The notes under the pieces are model-generated. The model did not search any database. It saw nothing but the letters and a program-made list of their open reading frames with translations, and had not been told where the DNA came from. Positions 15,062 through 23,143 of a DNA stretch of 33,344 nucleotides are shown in pieces. The translations under genes were made by a program, and so were the position numbers. Each line of letters starts with the position of its first letter. Positions within the stretch are counted from its first letter, which is position 1. The stretch is from Planctomycetota bacterium (lineage in GTDB: Bacteria > Planctomycetota > UBA8742 > JACQVU01). Location: assembly GCA_016209585.1 (NCBI GenBank), contig JACQVU010000180.1, positions 1-33,344 of the forward strand, in the 5' to 3' direction.

Positions 15062-17458
15062 CTACGAACCCGCGGGCGGCGACGCCAACACCTCGCGTAC
15101 CTTGCGGAGCAGGGCGTCGGGGCTGAAAGGCTTGTGAAGGAAGGCCACGGAAGGGTCGATCTCGCCGCGCTCGCGCAGCGACTGGTCGGTGTAGCCCGAC
15201 ACCAGCAGCGCGCGCAGGTCGGGGCGGATGGAGGAGGCGCGCTGCAGCAACTCCACACCGGTCATTCCGGGCATGACCACGTCGGTCAGAAGCAGGCGCA
15301 CCGGTCCGGCGGCGTTCCGCAGGAGCGTCAGGGCTTCCTGGCCGTCGCGGGCGGTAAGCACGCCGTAGCCGCCCTCGCCCAGCACTTCCTCGACCATCAC
15401 GCGAACGGCGTCGTCGTCCTCGACCAGCAGGATAGTCCCGTCGCCACGGGGCGGCTTGTCCGTTTCGGAGGGCGGCGCTGCGGAAACGGTCCCCGGCGCG
15501 GAAGCCGAGGGCGGCGCGGGCTGGGGCAGGGGCGCGGCGACGCGGGGCAGGACGACGGTGACGGTGGTTCCCGTGCCGGCCTGGGAGTCGATCCAGATGT
15601 AGCCGCCGCTCTGCTTGACGATACCGTAGACGGTGGAGAGGCCCAGCCCGGTGCCCTTGCCGACCGGCTTGGTGGTGAAGAAGGGCTCGAAGAGGTGGTG
15701 TTTTACTTCGTCGGTCATGCCGAGGCCGGTGTCGCGCACGACGAACTCCGCGTAGTCGCCCGGCTTCACCTGCACCTCCGGCCGCCGGAAGGTGGCGTCG
15801 AAGTGGGCGTTCCGGGTTTCGATGAAGATTTCCCCGCCCTCGGGCATGGCGTCCCGGGCGTTGACGCCGAGATTGAGGATGACCTGTTCGACCTGCCCAG
15901 GATCGGCCAGCACCGGCCAGAGACCGGGCGCGAGGCGCATGCGCAGCGTGAGGTCCTCGCCGATGAGGCGGGTGATCATGTCGTTCATCGCGCCGATCAC
16001 CTGGTTGAGGTCGATCACCGCCGGCCGCAGAATCTGCCGGCGGCTGAAGGCCAGCAACTGGCGGGTGAGTGAGGCGGCGCGCTCGCCGGCCTGGAGTATC
16101 TCGCGCACGTGGTGGGCCGCGGGGTTGTCCTTTGGCACGCCCGCGGCCAGCAACTGGCCGTAGCCGCTGATCACCGTCAGGAAGTTGTTGAAGTCGTGGG
16201 CGATGCCGCCGGCCAGCCGGCCGACGGCCTCCATCTTCTGGGCCTGGACCAGTTGGGCCTGGGTGGCGCGGAGTTCCTCTTCAGCCCTCTTGCGCGCGGC
16301 CAGGTCGGCGCCCATGTCGGCGTTGCAGTCCTCCAGTTGCGCCACCAGGCGCGCGCTCTCGCGCTGGCGGTTCTCGATCTCGCGCGCCATGGCGTCGAAG
16401 GAGCAAGCCAGCACCCCGAACTCCCCGCCCGCGGCCTGGACGCCGCTGCGGGCGGAGAAGTCGCCGCGCCCCAGCCGCTCGGCGGCCCGCTGCAAGGCGC
16501 GCGCCGGCCGCGTGACCAGGATCTCGCCCAGCAGCGTCACCACCGCCAGGGCGACGGCAGTGGCGAGCGCCAGCCAGAGCAGGTTGCGCGCCAAGTGGCG
16601 CTCCACCGGCGCGTAGACTGCCGCGGCCGGCGTGGTGATGGCGGCCAGGAGCCAGGCCGGCCCGACGCCGGTGGACTCGTCGGCGAGCGTGACGCCAGCC
16701 AGAAGCAGATCGGCGCCGTTGGTGTCCGTCACCAGCGTCACCGACTCCCCGCCGCGCAGCGCCCCGTCGAGCCGATCTCGCCACGGAAAAGGCGCGCCGG
16801 CGGCGCCGGGCGCGTCGGGGCGCCGCCATTGCTGGAGAATGACGCCCTCCCGGTCGAGGATGAAGGCGCGCGTTTCCGCCGGGTAGTCCTCCGGCCAGGT
16901 CGGGCGGACGACGCGGCCGATGGCCACGGAGGCGAACAGGACGCCGGCGCGGCGGCCGGCTTCGTCCACCACGGCGTGGCCGATGATGATCGCCGGTTCC
17001 CCGTGGTCGGGGTCAATGTGCCAGCCGCCGGCGGCGAGACTGGAGTTCCGCGCGAGGGATTCGACGGGGAAGGCGCGCTCCGCCAGGTTGAACGGCCGGC
17101 CGGCGGCGGCGGCCGTGGCCAGCGCGTCGCCCCGAACATCGGCCAGACCGACGTTCAGCCAGGCCGGGTGGGCGGCGAGGATCTCGGCGAACAACGCCGA
17201 CGCGCGGGCCGCGTCGCCGGCGCGCACTGGCGGGGAAGCCGAGGCCGATTCGAGCGCCCGGTGTCCGCGGGCCAGGAGGTCGCCATAGGGGGCGGCCACG
17301 GCGCGGACCGCCGCGGCCAGCCGGGCGCCGGCGGCTTCGCGCGCCAGCGCGTCCTCGCGGCGCGTGGCGTCTATTAGCAGCACCGTCGCCGGGATGCTGG
17401 CGGCGATGAGGATCAGGTAGAACCGGAACCGCAGGGTGGTGAACACCGGCCGCTCCAC
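15062..17458 (-). CDS. Hybrid sensor histidine kinase/response regulator
   Basis: GTG start at 17458. An N-terminal TM helix ([17 protein letters not shown]) and a periplasmic Cache-like region are followed by a second TM helix plus HAMP. Kinase boxes are H-box [17 protein letters not shown]-box [11 protein letters not shown]1 VRDTGLGM and G2 [13 protein letters not shown]. The C-terminal REC domain has ILLVEDDD...[13 protein letters not shown]...HKPF. Confidence 0.9.
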   Translation of the reverse strand: MERPVFTTLRFRFYLILIAASIPATVLLIDATRREDALAREAAGARLAAAVRAVAAPYGDLLARGHRALESASASPPVRAGDAARASALFAEILAAHPAWLNVGLADVRGDALATAAAAGRPFNLAERAFPVESLARNSSLAAGGWHIDPDHGEPAIIIGHAVVDEAGRRAGVLFASVAIGRVVRPTWPEDYPAETRAFILDREGVILQQWRRPDAPGAAGAPFPWRDRLDGALRGGESVTLVTDTNGADLLLAGVTLADESTGVGPAWLLAAITTPAAAVYAPVERHLARNLLWLALATAVALAVVTLLGEILVTRPARALQRAAERLGRGDFSARSGVQAAGGEFGVLACSFDAMAREIENRQRESARLVAQLEDCNADMGADLAARKRAEEELRATQAQLVQAQKMEAVGRLAGGIAHDFNNFLTVISGYGQLLAAGVPKDNPAAHHVREILQAGERAASLTRQLLAFSRRQILRPAVIDLNQVIGAMNDMITRLIGEDLTLRMRLAPGLWPVLADPGQVEQVILNLGVNARDAMPEGGEIFIETRNAHFDATFRRPEVQVKPGDYAEFVVRDTGLGMTDEVKHHLFEPFFTTKPVGKGTGLGLSTVYGIVKQSGGYIWIDSQAGTGTTVTVVLPRVAAPLPQPAPPSASAPGTVSAAPPSETDKPPRGDGTILLVEDDDAVRVMVEEVLGEGGYGVLTARDGQEALTLLRNAAGPVRLLLTDVVMPGMTGVELLQRASSIRPDLRALLVSGYTDQSLRERGEIDPSVAFLHKPFSPDALLRKVREVLASPPAGS

Positions 17459-17781
17459 GGAGCGCGGTCCGCCTCGGGCGGGCGCTCCATTTTCTCGTTT
17501 TCTGTGGAGTATTCTTTGCCGAAGCGCGGCTTCGGTGGCGGAGAAACCAATTTTTCTCGGCGAGAGCGCCTTCGTTTTTTTTGGCGATCACTCGCCCGAA
17601 CCCGGGGCCGGCGTTAGCGTGCAAACGGCGGCTTGAGAGCGCTCCGACCGAGCGTGGAGATCCCCGGGGCGTTTGTCGCTTCCGAAGCGGGGGGCTGCGG
17701 GTACATGGCGCCGCCGCTACGCGGTGACGGCGCGACACCCGCTCAGGCGCGCCAGAAACGGTACCAGGAGCGGAGAGACGC

Positions 17782-18561
17782 ATGGCGGCACAACAGGCTC
17801 GCGTGGCGCCGCGCGGAACGGCCCCGGAGTCGGCCGCCGACCGCTGTTGCGGCGTGGACGGCGACGCCCTGGCCGTCGTCCTGCACGACCTCAACAACGC
17901 CGTCGGCGCCATCGCCGGCTTCGTCCTCCTGCTCCGGAACGTGGCTGGCCGTGTCGACAAGGTGTCGCGGTACGCCACGTTCATCGCGGCCGCCTCGTGG
18001 GAGGCGGGGTATCTCGTCGCGCAACTTGAAGACCTGGCCGCCGCCCCGCGCCCGGGCGATGGGCTTGGCGACGGGGCGATCTCAATCGCCGCGGCCGGCG
18101 CCGTGGCCGACCTGTCGGGGGTGCTCCGCCGATCCGTGGAGGGCGAACAGGAGCGCGCCGCGGCCTACGGCCGCGCCATCCGGTTGGACCTCCCCGCCAG
18201 CCTCCCGGCCGCGCGCGGCGACGCCGGGGCACTGGCCACGGTGACCACCGATCTCCTCGTCTCGGCGACACGCCACGCCCCCTCCGGCTCAACCGTGGTG
18301 GTGAGCGCCGCGCGCGAAGACTCCCGCGTGGCCGTGCGCTTCGCGGCCCCCGGCCCGCTGCTGCCCGACGATTGCCTGCCGCTGCTGTTCCGGCGCGAGC
18401 ACGTCCGGCAGGTCCGCCGGCGCGGCATGCGGCTGGGGCTGGGGCTGTCGCTGGTGCGCGCGGCTTCGCTCGCCGAGAGCAACGGCTGGCGGGTGGCGGC
18501 GCATTCTCCCGTCCCCGGCCGCGCCGACGGCGTGTTGCTGGAGGTGGCCCTGCCCGCCTGA
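17782..18561 (+). CDS. Small soluble histidine-kinase-like protein with a degenerate ATP-binding domain
   Basis: ATG 17782 follows AGGAG/GGAGAG. The H-box-like motif is VVLHDLNNAVGAIAGF and the G2-like motif is GMRLGLGLSLV. The N-box position reads DLLVSATRHAP, with no Asn, and the G1 position reads RFAAPGPLL, with no DxGxG. There is no TM or sensor domain. It is divergent from the hybrid kinase. Confidence 0.6.
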   Translation: MAAQQARVAPRGTAPESAADRCCGVDGDALAVVLHDLNNAVGAIAGFVLLLRNVAGRVDKVSRYATFIAAASWEAGYLVAQLEDLAAAPRPGDGLGDGAISIAAAGAVADLSGVLRRSVEGEQERAAAYGRAIRLDLPASLPAARGDAGALATVTTDLLVSATRHAPSGSTVVVSAAREDSRVAVRFAAPGPLLPDDCLPLLFRREHVRQVRRRGMRLGLGLSLVRAASLAESNGWRVAAHSPVPGRADGVLLEVALPA

Positions 18562-18586
18562 CCGCCCGTCGTGAACGTCCCGCCTG

Positions 18587-20557
18587 CTACGGACCGGCGG
18601 GGGCGGGCGACGAGCGCACGGTCAGCACGGGGATGCTGGTGCGGTGGCGAAGTTCGGAAGCGGTGGACCCGTGGAAGAGATCGCCCAGCAACCGGTGGCC
18701 GTGGCTGCCGGTGACGAGGAGGTCGACGTTTTCTTCCTCGGCCAGGCGGGCGATTTCGTCTTCCGGCTCGCCGGCGCCGATGCGGGCGCGGCACGCCAGC
18801 CCCATGGCGCGCAGGGCGGCGGCGGCGCGTTCGAGGTAGTCGGCGTCAGCCTTGGCCTCTTCGTCGTCGACGGTTGCGCCGATGAAGCGGGCGGTGGCGC
18901 TCTCCACGACGTGGATGAGGATCACTTCGGCCCCCGAGGCGCGGACCAGCGGGAGAACGTCGGCGAGGATGCGCCGGTCGTGCTCCGTGGCTTCCAGCGC
19001 GATGCCCACGCGGCGGTATTGCTGAGAGAGCGTGGTTTCCCACGCCGGCAGCACGGGCGTTGGAACGGCGGCGCGGCCCCGGCGGGCGCGACGGCGGCGC
19101 CAGCCGCGCCAGAACGGCTCCAGAACCATCCAGGCGAGCAGCGGGGCGATGAGGAGCGCGGCCGGCAGGAGCAGATAGCGCACCGCCCAGAGGTCCGAGT
19201 CCAGGCCGTCTTTGATGGTCTGGATGACCAGCATCACGTTGAGCGTGGCGATGACGCCGGCCGCAGCCCAGGCCAGGAGCCGCGCCCAGAGAGGCGTCGC
19301 GAACCGGCCCATCTTGCGGCGGTCGCTGGTGAAGTGGATGAGGGGGACGACGGCGAACGTCAGTTGCAGCGACAGGATGACCTGGGAGAGCACCAGCAGC
19401 GGATCGACGCCGGAATCGCCTTTCCAGAGGATGACGATCACCGCCGGCGTGATCGCCAGGGCGCGGGTGACCATCCGGCGCAACCAGGGGCGCAAGCGGA
19501 TGTGAACGAAGCCCTCCATGACAATCTGGCCGGCCAGTGTGCCGGTGATGGTCGACGATTGCCCGGCGGCCAGAAGGGCGACGGCGAAGGCGATGGGGGC
19601 CAGGGCGGACCCCAGGAGGGGGTGCAGGAGAGAGTGGGCGTCCTCCAGGCTGGCGACCTCAGCGTGGCCGCTCTGGTGGAAGGCCGCGGCCGCCAGGATG
19701 AGGATGGCGGCGTTGACGAAGAAGGCGGCGTTGAGCGCGACGACGGAGTCGATCAGGTTGAAGCGCGCCGCCTGGCGCAGCCCGGCCTCGCCGCGGGCCA
19801 CGGCGCGCGATTGGACCAGGGCCGAGTGCAGGTAGAGGTTGTGGGGCATCACCGTGGCGCCGATGATGCCGATGGCGATGTAGAGCGCCTCGCCCGACAA
19901 CGGGCTGGGGATGAAGCCGGCCGCGATGCCGGCCGGTTCGGGCTGGGAGAGGAATATCTCCACCGCGAAACATGCGCCGATGGTGGCCACCAGCGTGAGG
20001 ATCAGCGCCTCCATTTTGCGAATGCCGTAGGACTGCAGGAGCAGGAGCAGCATCACGTCGAAGGCCGTGATCAGCACGCCCCAGAGGATGGGAATTCCGA
20101 ACAGCAGGTGAAGGCCGATGGCCGAGCCGAGCACCTCGGCCAGGTCGCAGGCCGCGATGGCGATCTCGCAGAGGACCCACTGCACCCAGACCACCGGCCG
20201 CGGATAGTGATCGCGGCAGGCCTGCGCCAAGTCCCGCCCCGTGACCAGGCCGAGACGCGCCGACAGCGTCTGCAGCAGAATGGCCATGAGGTTCGAGAGC
20301 AGAATCACCCAGATCAGCCGGTACCCGTATCCGGCGCCGGCGGCCAGGTCGGTGGCCCAGTTGCCGGGGTCCATGTAGCCGACCGAGACCATGAAGGCCG
20401 GCCCGCTGAAGGTGAGCAGCCGGCGCAGGAAGGTGCTGGCCGGCGCCACCGGCACGCTGGCGTGCACTTCCGGCAGCGAGACCATGTCCGCGGGCGTGGT
20501 GGGCACGCTGGCGCCGGCGGCGCCACGGGCGGAATCGTCGGGGGAACTCTCGGCCAT
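18587..20557 (-). CDS. mntH: Nramp-family divalent metal (Mn2+/Fe2+) transporter fused to a C-terminal universal stress protein (USP) domain
   Basis: Nramp signatures are GPAFMVSVGYMDPGNWATD, LLQ.LSARLG.VTG.DLA and GATVMPHNLYLHS, with about 11 TM helices. The last ~140 aa (nt 18614..19018), RVGIALEATEHDRRILADV...VILIHVVES...VDLLVTGSHGHRLLGDLFHGSTASELRHRTSIPVLTV, form a USP fold with the G-x2-G-x9-GS motif. Confidence 0.9.
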   Translation of the reverse strand: MAESSPDDSARGAAGASVPTTPADMVSLPEVHASVPVAPASTFLRRLLTFSGPAFMVSVGYMDPGNWATDLAAGAGYGYRLIWVILLSNLMAILLQTLSARLGLVTGRDLAQACRDHYPRPVVWVQWVLCEIAIAACDLAEVLGSAIGLHLLFGIPILWGVLITAFDVMLLLLLQSYGIRKMEALILTLVATIGACFAVEIFLSQPEPAGIAAGFIPSPLSGEALYIAIGIIGATVMPHNLYLHSALVQSRAVARGEAGLRQAARFNLIDSVVALNAAFFVNAAILILAAAAFHQSGHAEVASLEDAHSLLHPLLGSALAPIAFAVALLAAGQSSTITGTLAGQIVMEGFVHIRLRPWLRRMVTRALAITPAVIVILWKGDSGVDPLLVLSQVILSLQLTFAVVPLIHFTSDRRKMGRFATPLWARLLAWAAAGVIATLNVMLVIQTIKDGLDSDLWAVRYLLLPAALLIAPLLAWMVLEPFWRGWRRRRARRGRAAVPTPVLPAWETTLSQQYRRVGIALEATEHDRRILADVLPLVRASGAEVILIHVVESATARFIGATVDDEEAKADADYLERAAAALRAMGLACRARIGAGEPEDEIARLAEEENVDLLVTGSHGHRLLGDLFHGSTASELRHRTSIPVLTVRSSPAPAGP

Positions 20558-20568
20558 GCCTGTTACCA

Positions 20569-20584
20569 GCCCTTCCGGAAGGGC
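20569..20584. other. Perfect 16-bp palindrome GCCCTTCCGGAAGGGC in the mntH 5' leader
   Basis: Read directly from the sequence. It is self-complementary over all 16 nt and sits 12 nt upstream of the mntH ATG (20557), downstream of the candidate promoter. Confidence 0.5.
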
Positions 20585-20594
20585 GACCGGGCGG

Positions 20595-20627
20595 TTTAGG
20601 CTAGCCTAAAGAAATGTTTAGTGTCAA
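20595..20627 (-). promoter_or_regulatory. Candidate mntH promoter with an embedded DtxR/MntR-type palindromic operator
   Basis: On the minus strand: TTGACA (20627..20622), an 18-nt spacer, then TAGCCT (20603..20598). The perfect 16-bp palindrome TTTAGGCTAGCCTAAA (20595..20610) covers the -10. Its outer arms TTAGG/CCTAA are those of the DtxR/IdeR iron-box consensus TTAGGTTAGGCTAACCTAA. Confidence 0.5.
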
Positions 20628-22268
20628 CTAATACGACGGCGACGGCGGCAGTTTCCCCGGGTTCATCAGATCGTCCGGGTCCAGCGCCCGCTTCAGCGCC
20701 CGCCAGATGTCCAGCGCCGGGCCGAGCGCCCCCGCGAGAAACGCGCGCTTCGCCAGCCCCACGCCGTGGTGGTGCGCGAACGTCCCCCCCGCCGCCGTCG
20801 CGGCGTCAAGCGCGTCGCGCACGATGCGTTCATAGAGCGCCTCGGCCGCCCGCGGCGTCGCGCCGGCCGCGGCGAAGGTGAAATAGATGGAGCAGCCGTC
20901 GCCGTAGGCGTGCGAGAAGTGGGCCATCACCATCGCCCGCCGGCCGATCGCCGCGCGCACGCGGCGGTAGAGGTCGCCCACGCGGTCCCACGTCGCCGCG
21001 ACCTCCAGCGTCTCGGCGAAGGCCCCCTGCTCGAACACCGGCGAGAGTTTGTACGAGACGTGATAGCGGCGCGCCCACCAGCGCCGCGCCGGCTCGACGC
21101 CGAGGTCCGTCGCGCCGCCCGAAAGGCAGAGATCCCGCGCCAGGGCCTCCTCGGCCCCGGCCGGCCCCGGTTCGCCCTCGAACGTCAGAATGAGCAGGCA
21201 GCGCCCCCCAAGAAGGTCCACCAACTTGTTCAGCAGCGGCGCGCCGCAAAGCCCCAGGGCAACCAGGTGCTCGCCCAGACCGGGAAAGTGGCCGGCCACG
21301 AACTGGGCGAACTTCCCCGGCGCGGCCGGCGGAGCGCCACGATGGTCCGGCGACGGTCCGCCCGCGTCGCCCGGCAGGTCGGGGGCCGCGCCGACGGCTT
21401 CAGGGCGCGCCGTCGCGCCGGCCGGCGGGAGACGCTTGTCGAGCGAGGTGACCCGCGTGTCCAGGCGGTCATAGAGACGCACCGCCGCCGGCTTGAGCCC
21501 GCGGCGCAGGATGAGGCGAACGGCGTCCAGCGCCGGAGCCACGTCCTCGAAGTGATAGGCGCGGAAGAGCCGGGCAGCCGGCAGCGGCCGGACGCGGAAG
21601 ACGCACCGCGTGATGACGCCCAGCGTGCCCTCGGCGCCGATCATGAGTTGCTTGAAGTCCGGGCCGGCGGCGGAACGCGGGGCCAGGTGCGACTCCCACA
21701 CGCGGCCGTCGGGAAGCACCACCTCCAGGCCCGCCACCAGGTCCTCGATGTTGCCGTAGCGGGTCGACAACTGGCCGGAGGAGCGCGTGGCCACGAACCC
21801 GCCCACCGTGGCGCAGTACATGGACGAGGGAAAGTGGCCGAACGTCAGCCCGGCGCGGTTCAGGGCCTCCTCGAAGTCCTGGCCGATCATCCCCGCTTCC
21901 ACCGTCGCCAGCAGGCTGCGATCGCTGATGTCCAGCAGCCGGTCCATGCGCTTCATGTCGAGCATCAGCCCGCCGCGCACGGGAATGGCGGCGCCGCAGA
22001 CGCCCGATCCGCCGCCGTAGACGACCAGCGGCAGGCGGCTCTGGCGGCAGAGCGCCACCACGCGGGCGACCTGGTCGGTGGTTCGCGGCCAGACGACGAC
22101 CTCGGGCGGGAAGGAGGCGCGGCCGGAGGCGGCGCGGATAGTCTCGCGCGTCCAGCAATCCCGCGCGCCGGCGAACAGGTCAGCCTCGGCGGTGGAGAGG
22201 CCGTCTTCGCCCACCACGGCGGCGAGGCCGGCGAGCAGATCGGGGGTGAGAAGAGTGGCCGCGCTCAT
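20628..22268 (-). CDS. FAD-linked oxidase family protein, alkyldihydroxyacetonephosphate synthase (AGPS)-like
   Basis: I prefer ATG 22268 (MSAATLLTPDLL...). The FAD_binding_4 part has VVWPRTTDQVARVVALC....LPLVVYGGGSGVCG. The motif CATVGGFVATRSSGQLSTRYGNIEDLVAGLEVVLPDG...GPDFKQLMIGAEGTLGVIT closely matches the AGPS stretch GGW(I/V)(S/A)TRASG....YGNIEDLV as I recall it, rather than the GlcD-type GGN..TNAGG. Confidence 0.82.
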   Translation of the reverse strand: MSAATLLTPDLLAGLAAVVGEDGLSTAEADLFAGARDCWTRETIRAASGRASFPPEVVVWPRTTDQVARVVALCRQSRLPLVVYGGGSGVCGAAIPVRGGLMLDMKRMDRLLDISDRSLLATVEAGMIGQDFEEALNRAGLTFGHFPSSMYCATVGGFVATRSSGQLSTRYGNIEDLVAGLEVVLPDGRVWESHLAPRSAAGPDFKQLMIGAEGTLGVITRCVFRVRPLPAARLFRAYHFEDVAPALDAVRLILRRGLKPAAVRLYDRLDTRVTSLDKRLPPAGATARPEAVGAAPDLPGDAGGPSPDHRGAPPAAPGKFAQFVAGHFPGLGEHLVALGLCGAPLLNKLVDLLGGRCLLILTFEGEPGPAGAEEALARDLCLSGGATDLGVEPARRWWARRYHVSYKLSPVFEQGAFAETLEVAATWDRVGDLYRRVRAAIGRRAMVMAHFSHAYGDGCSIYFTFAAAGATPRAAEALYERIVRDALDAATAAGGTFAHHHGVGLAKRAFLAGALGPALDIWRALKRALDPDDLMNPGKLPPSPSY

Positions 22269-22284
22269 GATGCGCGCTCCATGA

Positions 22285-22313
22285 TTGACACGCGCCGACC
22301 CGCCGACTACCAT
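22285..22313 (+). promoter_or_regulatory. Candidate sigma70-type promoter for trmD-rplS(-nfo)
   Basis: TTGACA (22285..22290), a 17-nt spacer, then TACCAT (22308..22313), lying 45 nt upstream of the trmD ATG 22358, in the divergent gap with the AGPS-like gene. Confidence 0.4.
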
Positions 22314-22357
22314 TTTCCCCCCTTCGTCGCGATTGGGAGCAGCGGCGGCTTCGGGTC

Positions 22358-23140
22358 ATGAGGATTGACATCCTGACGATCTTCCCCGGCATGTTCGACC
22401 CCGTCCTGGGGGCGAGCATGATGAAGGTGGCGCGCGACAAGGGGCTGGTGGAGATTCTGGTCCACGACTTCCGCCGCTACGGCGTGGGCAAGCAGAAGGA
22501 GGTGGACGACCGCCCCTACGGCGGCGGGCCGGGAATGGTGTTGCGACCGGAGCCGGTGTTTGAGCAGGTGGAGGCGCTCGCGCCTTCGCTGGCTCCCGGA
22601 ACCCGGCGGCTGGTCGCCACGCCCCAGGGCCGGCTCTTCGATCACGACATGGCGCTGGAATTGTCGCGGTCGCCCGGAGTGCTGATCCTGTGCGGGCACT
22701 ACGAGGGACACGACGAGCGCATTCCAGCCGCGCTGGGGTTCGAGGAAGTGTCGATCGGCGACTTCATCCTCACCGGCGGGGAACTGCCGGCGATGGTGAT
22801 CGTCGACGCGGTCGCGCGCCTGGTCCCGGGCGTGCTGGGGCACGAGGGATCCGCCGCGGGCGACTCGTTCGCTGAGGTTCTGTTGGAAGGCCCGCAGTAC
22901 ACCCGCCCGGCGGAGTACCGCGGGATGGCGGTGCCGGAGGTTTTGCTCTCCGGCCATGAGGAGAACATCGGCGCTTGGCGGCAGGCCCGCGCCCTGGAGC
23001 GCACCAAGGCCCGCCGCGGCGACCTCTACCGCGCCTGGCTGGAGAGGAACCTCCTTTCCCCCGGCCGCGGGAAGCGCGAGCGCGACGGCCTTTTCCCCCG
23101 CGAGGAACTGGCGCCGGCCACGGACGACGCGGAGACCTGA
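22358..23140 (+). CDS. trmD: tRNA (guanine37-N1)-methyltransferase
   Basis: MRIDILTIFPGMFDPVLGASMMKVARDKGLVEI.VHDFR.Y......VDDRPYGGGPGMVL.PEPV...LCGHYEG.DERI....EEVSIGDFILTGGELPAMV..DAV.RL.PGVLG is canonical TrmD. Confidence 0.95.
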   Translation: MRIDILTIFPGMFDPVLGASMMKVARDKGLVEILVHDFRRYGVGKQKEVDDRPYGGGPGMVLRPEPVFEQVEALAPSLAPGTRRLVATPQGRLFDHDMALELSRSPGVLILCGHYEGHDERIPAALGFEEVSIGDFILTGGELPAMVIVDAVARLVPGVLGHEGSAAGDSFAEVLLEGPQYTRPAEYRGMAVPEVLLSGHEENIGAWRQARALERTKARRGDLYRAWLERNLLSPGRGKRERDGLFPREELAPATDDAET

Positions 23141-23143
23141 ACC

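Noticed and set aside
13717-15258. 513-aa minus-strand ORF
   Set aside because: It is antisense to the STAS and manC genes, which have clear signatures. Its translation is Ala/Arg/Gly-rich.
18644-20599. 651-aa plus-strand ORF
   Set aside because: It is antisense to the Nramp-USP gene. It encodes no hydrophobic helices and is rich in Gly/Arg/Glu/Asp.
20766-22361. 531-aa plus-strand ORF
   Set aside because: It is antisense to the AGPS-like FAD oxidase and has no recognisable motif.
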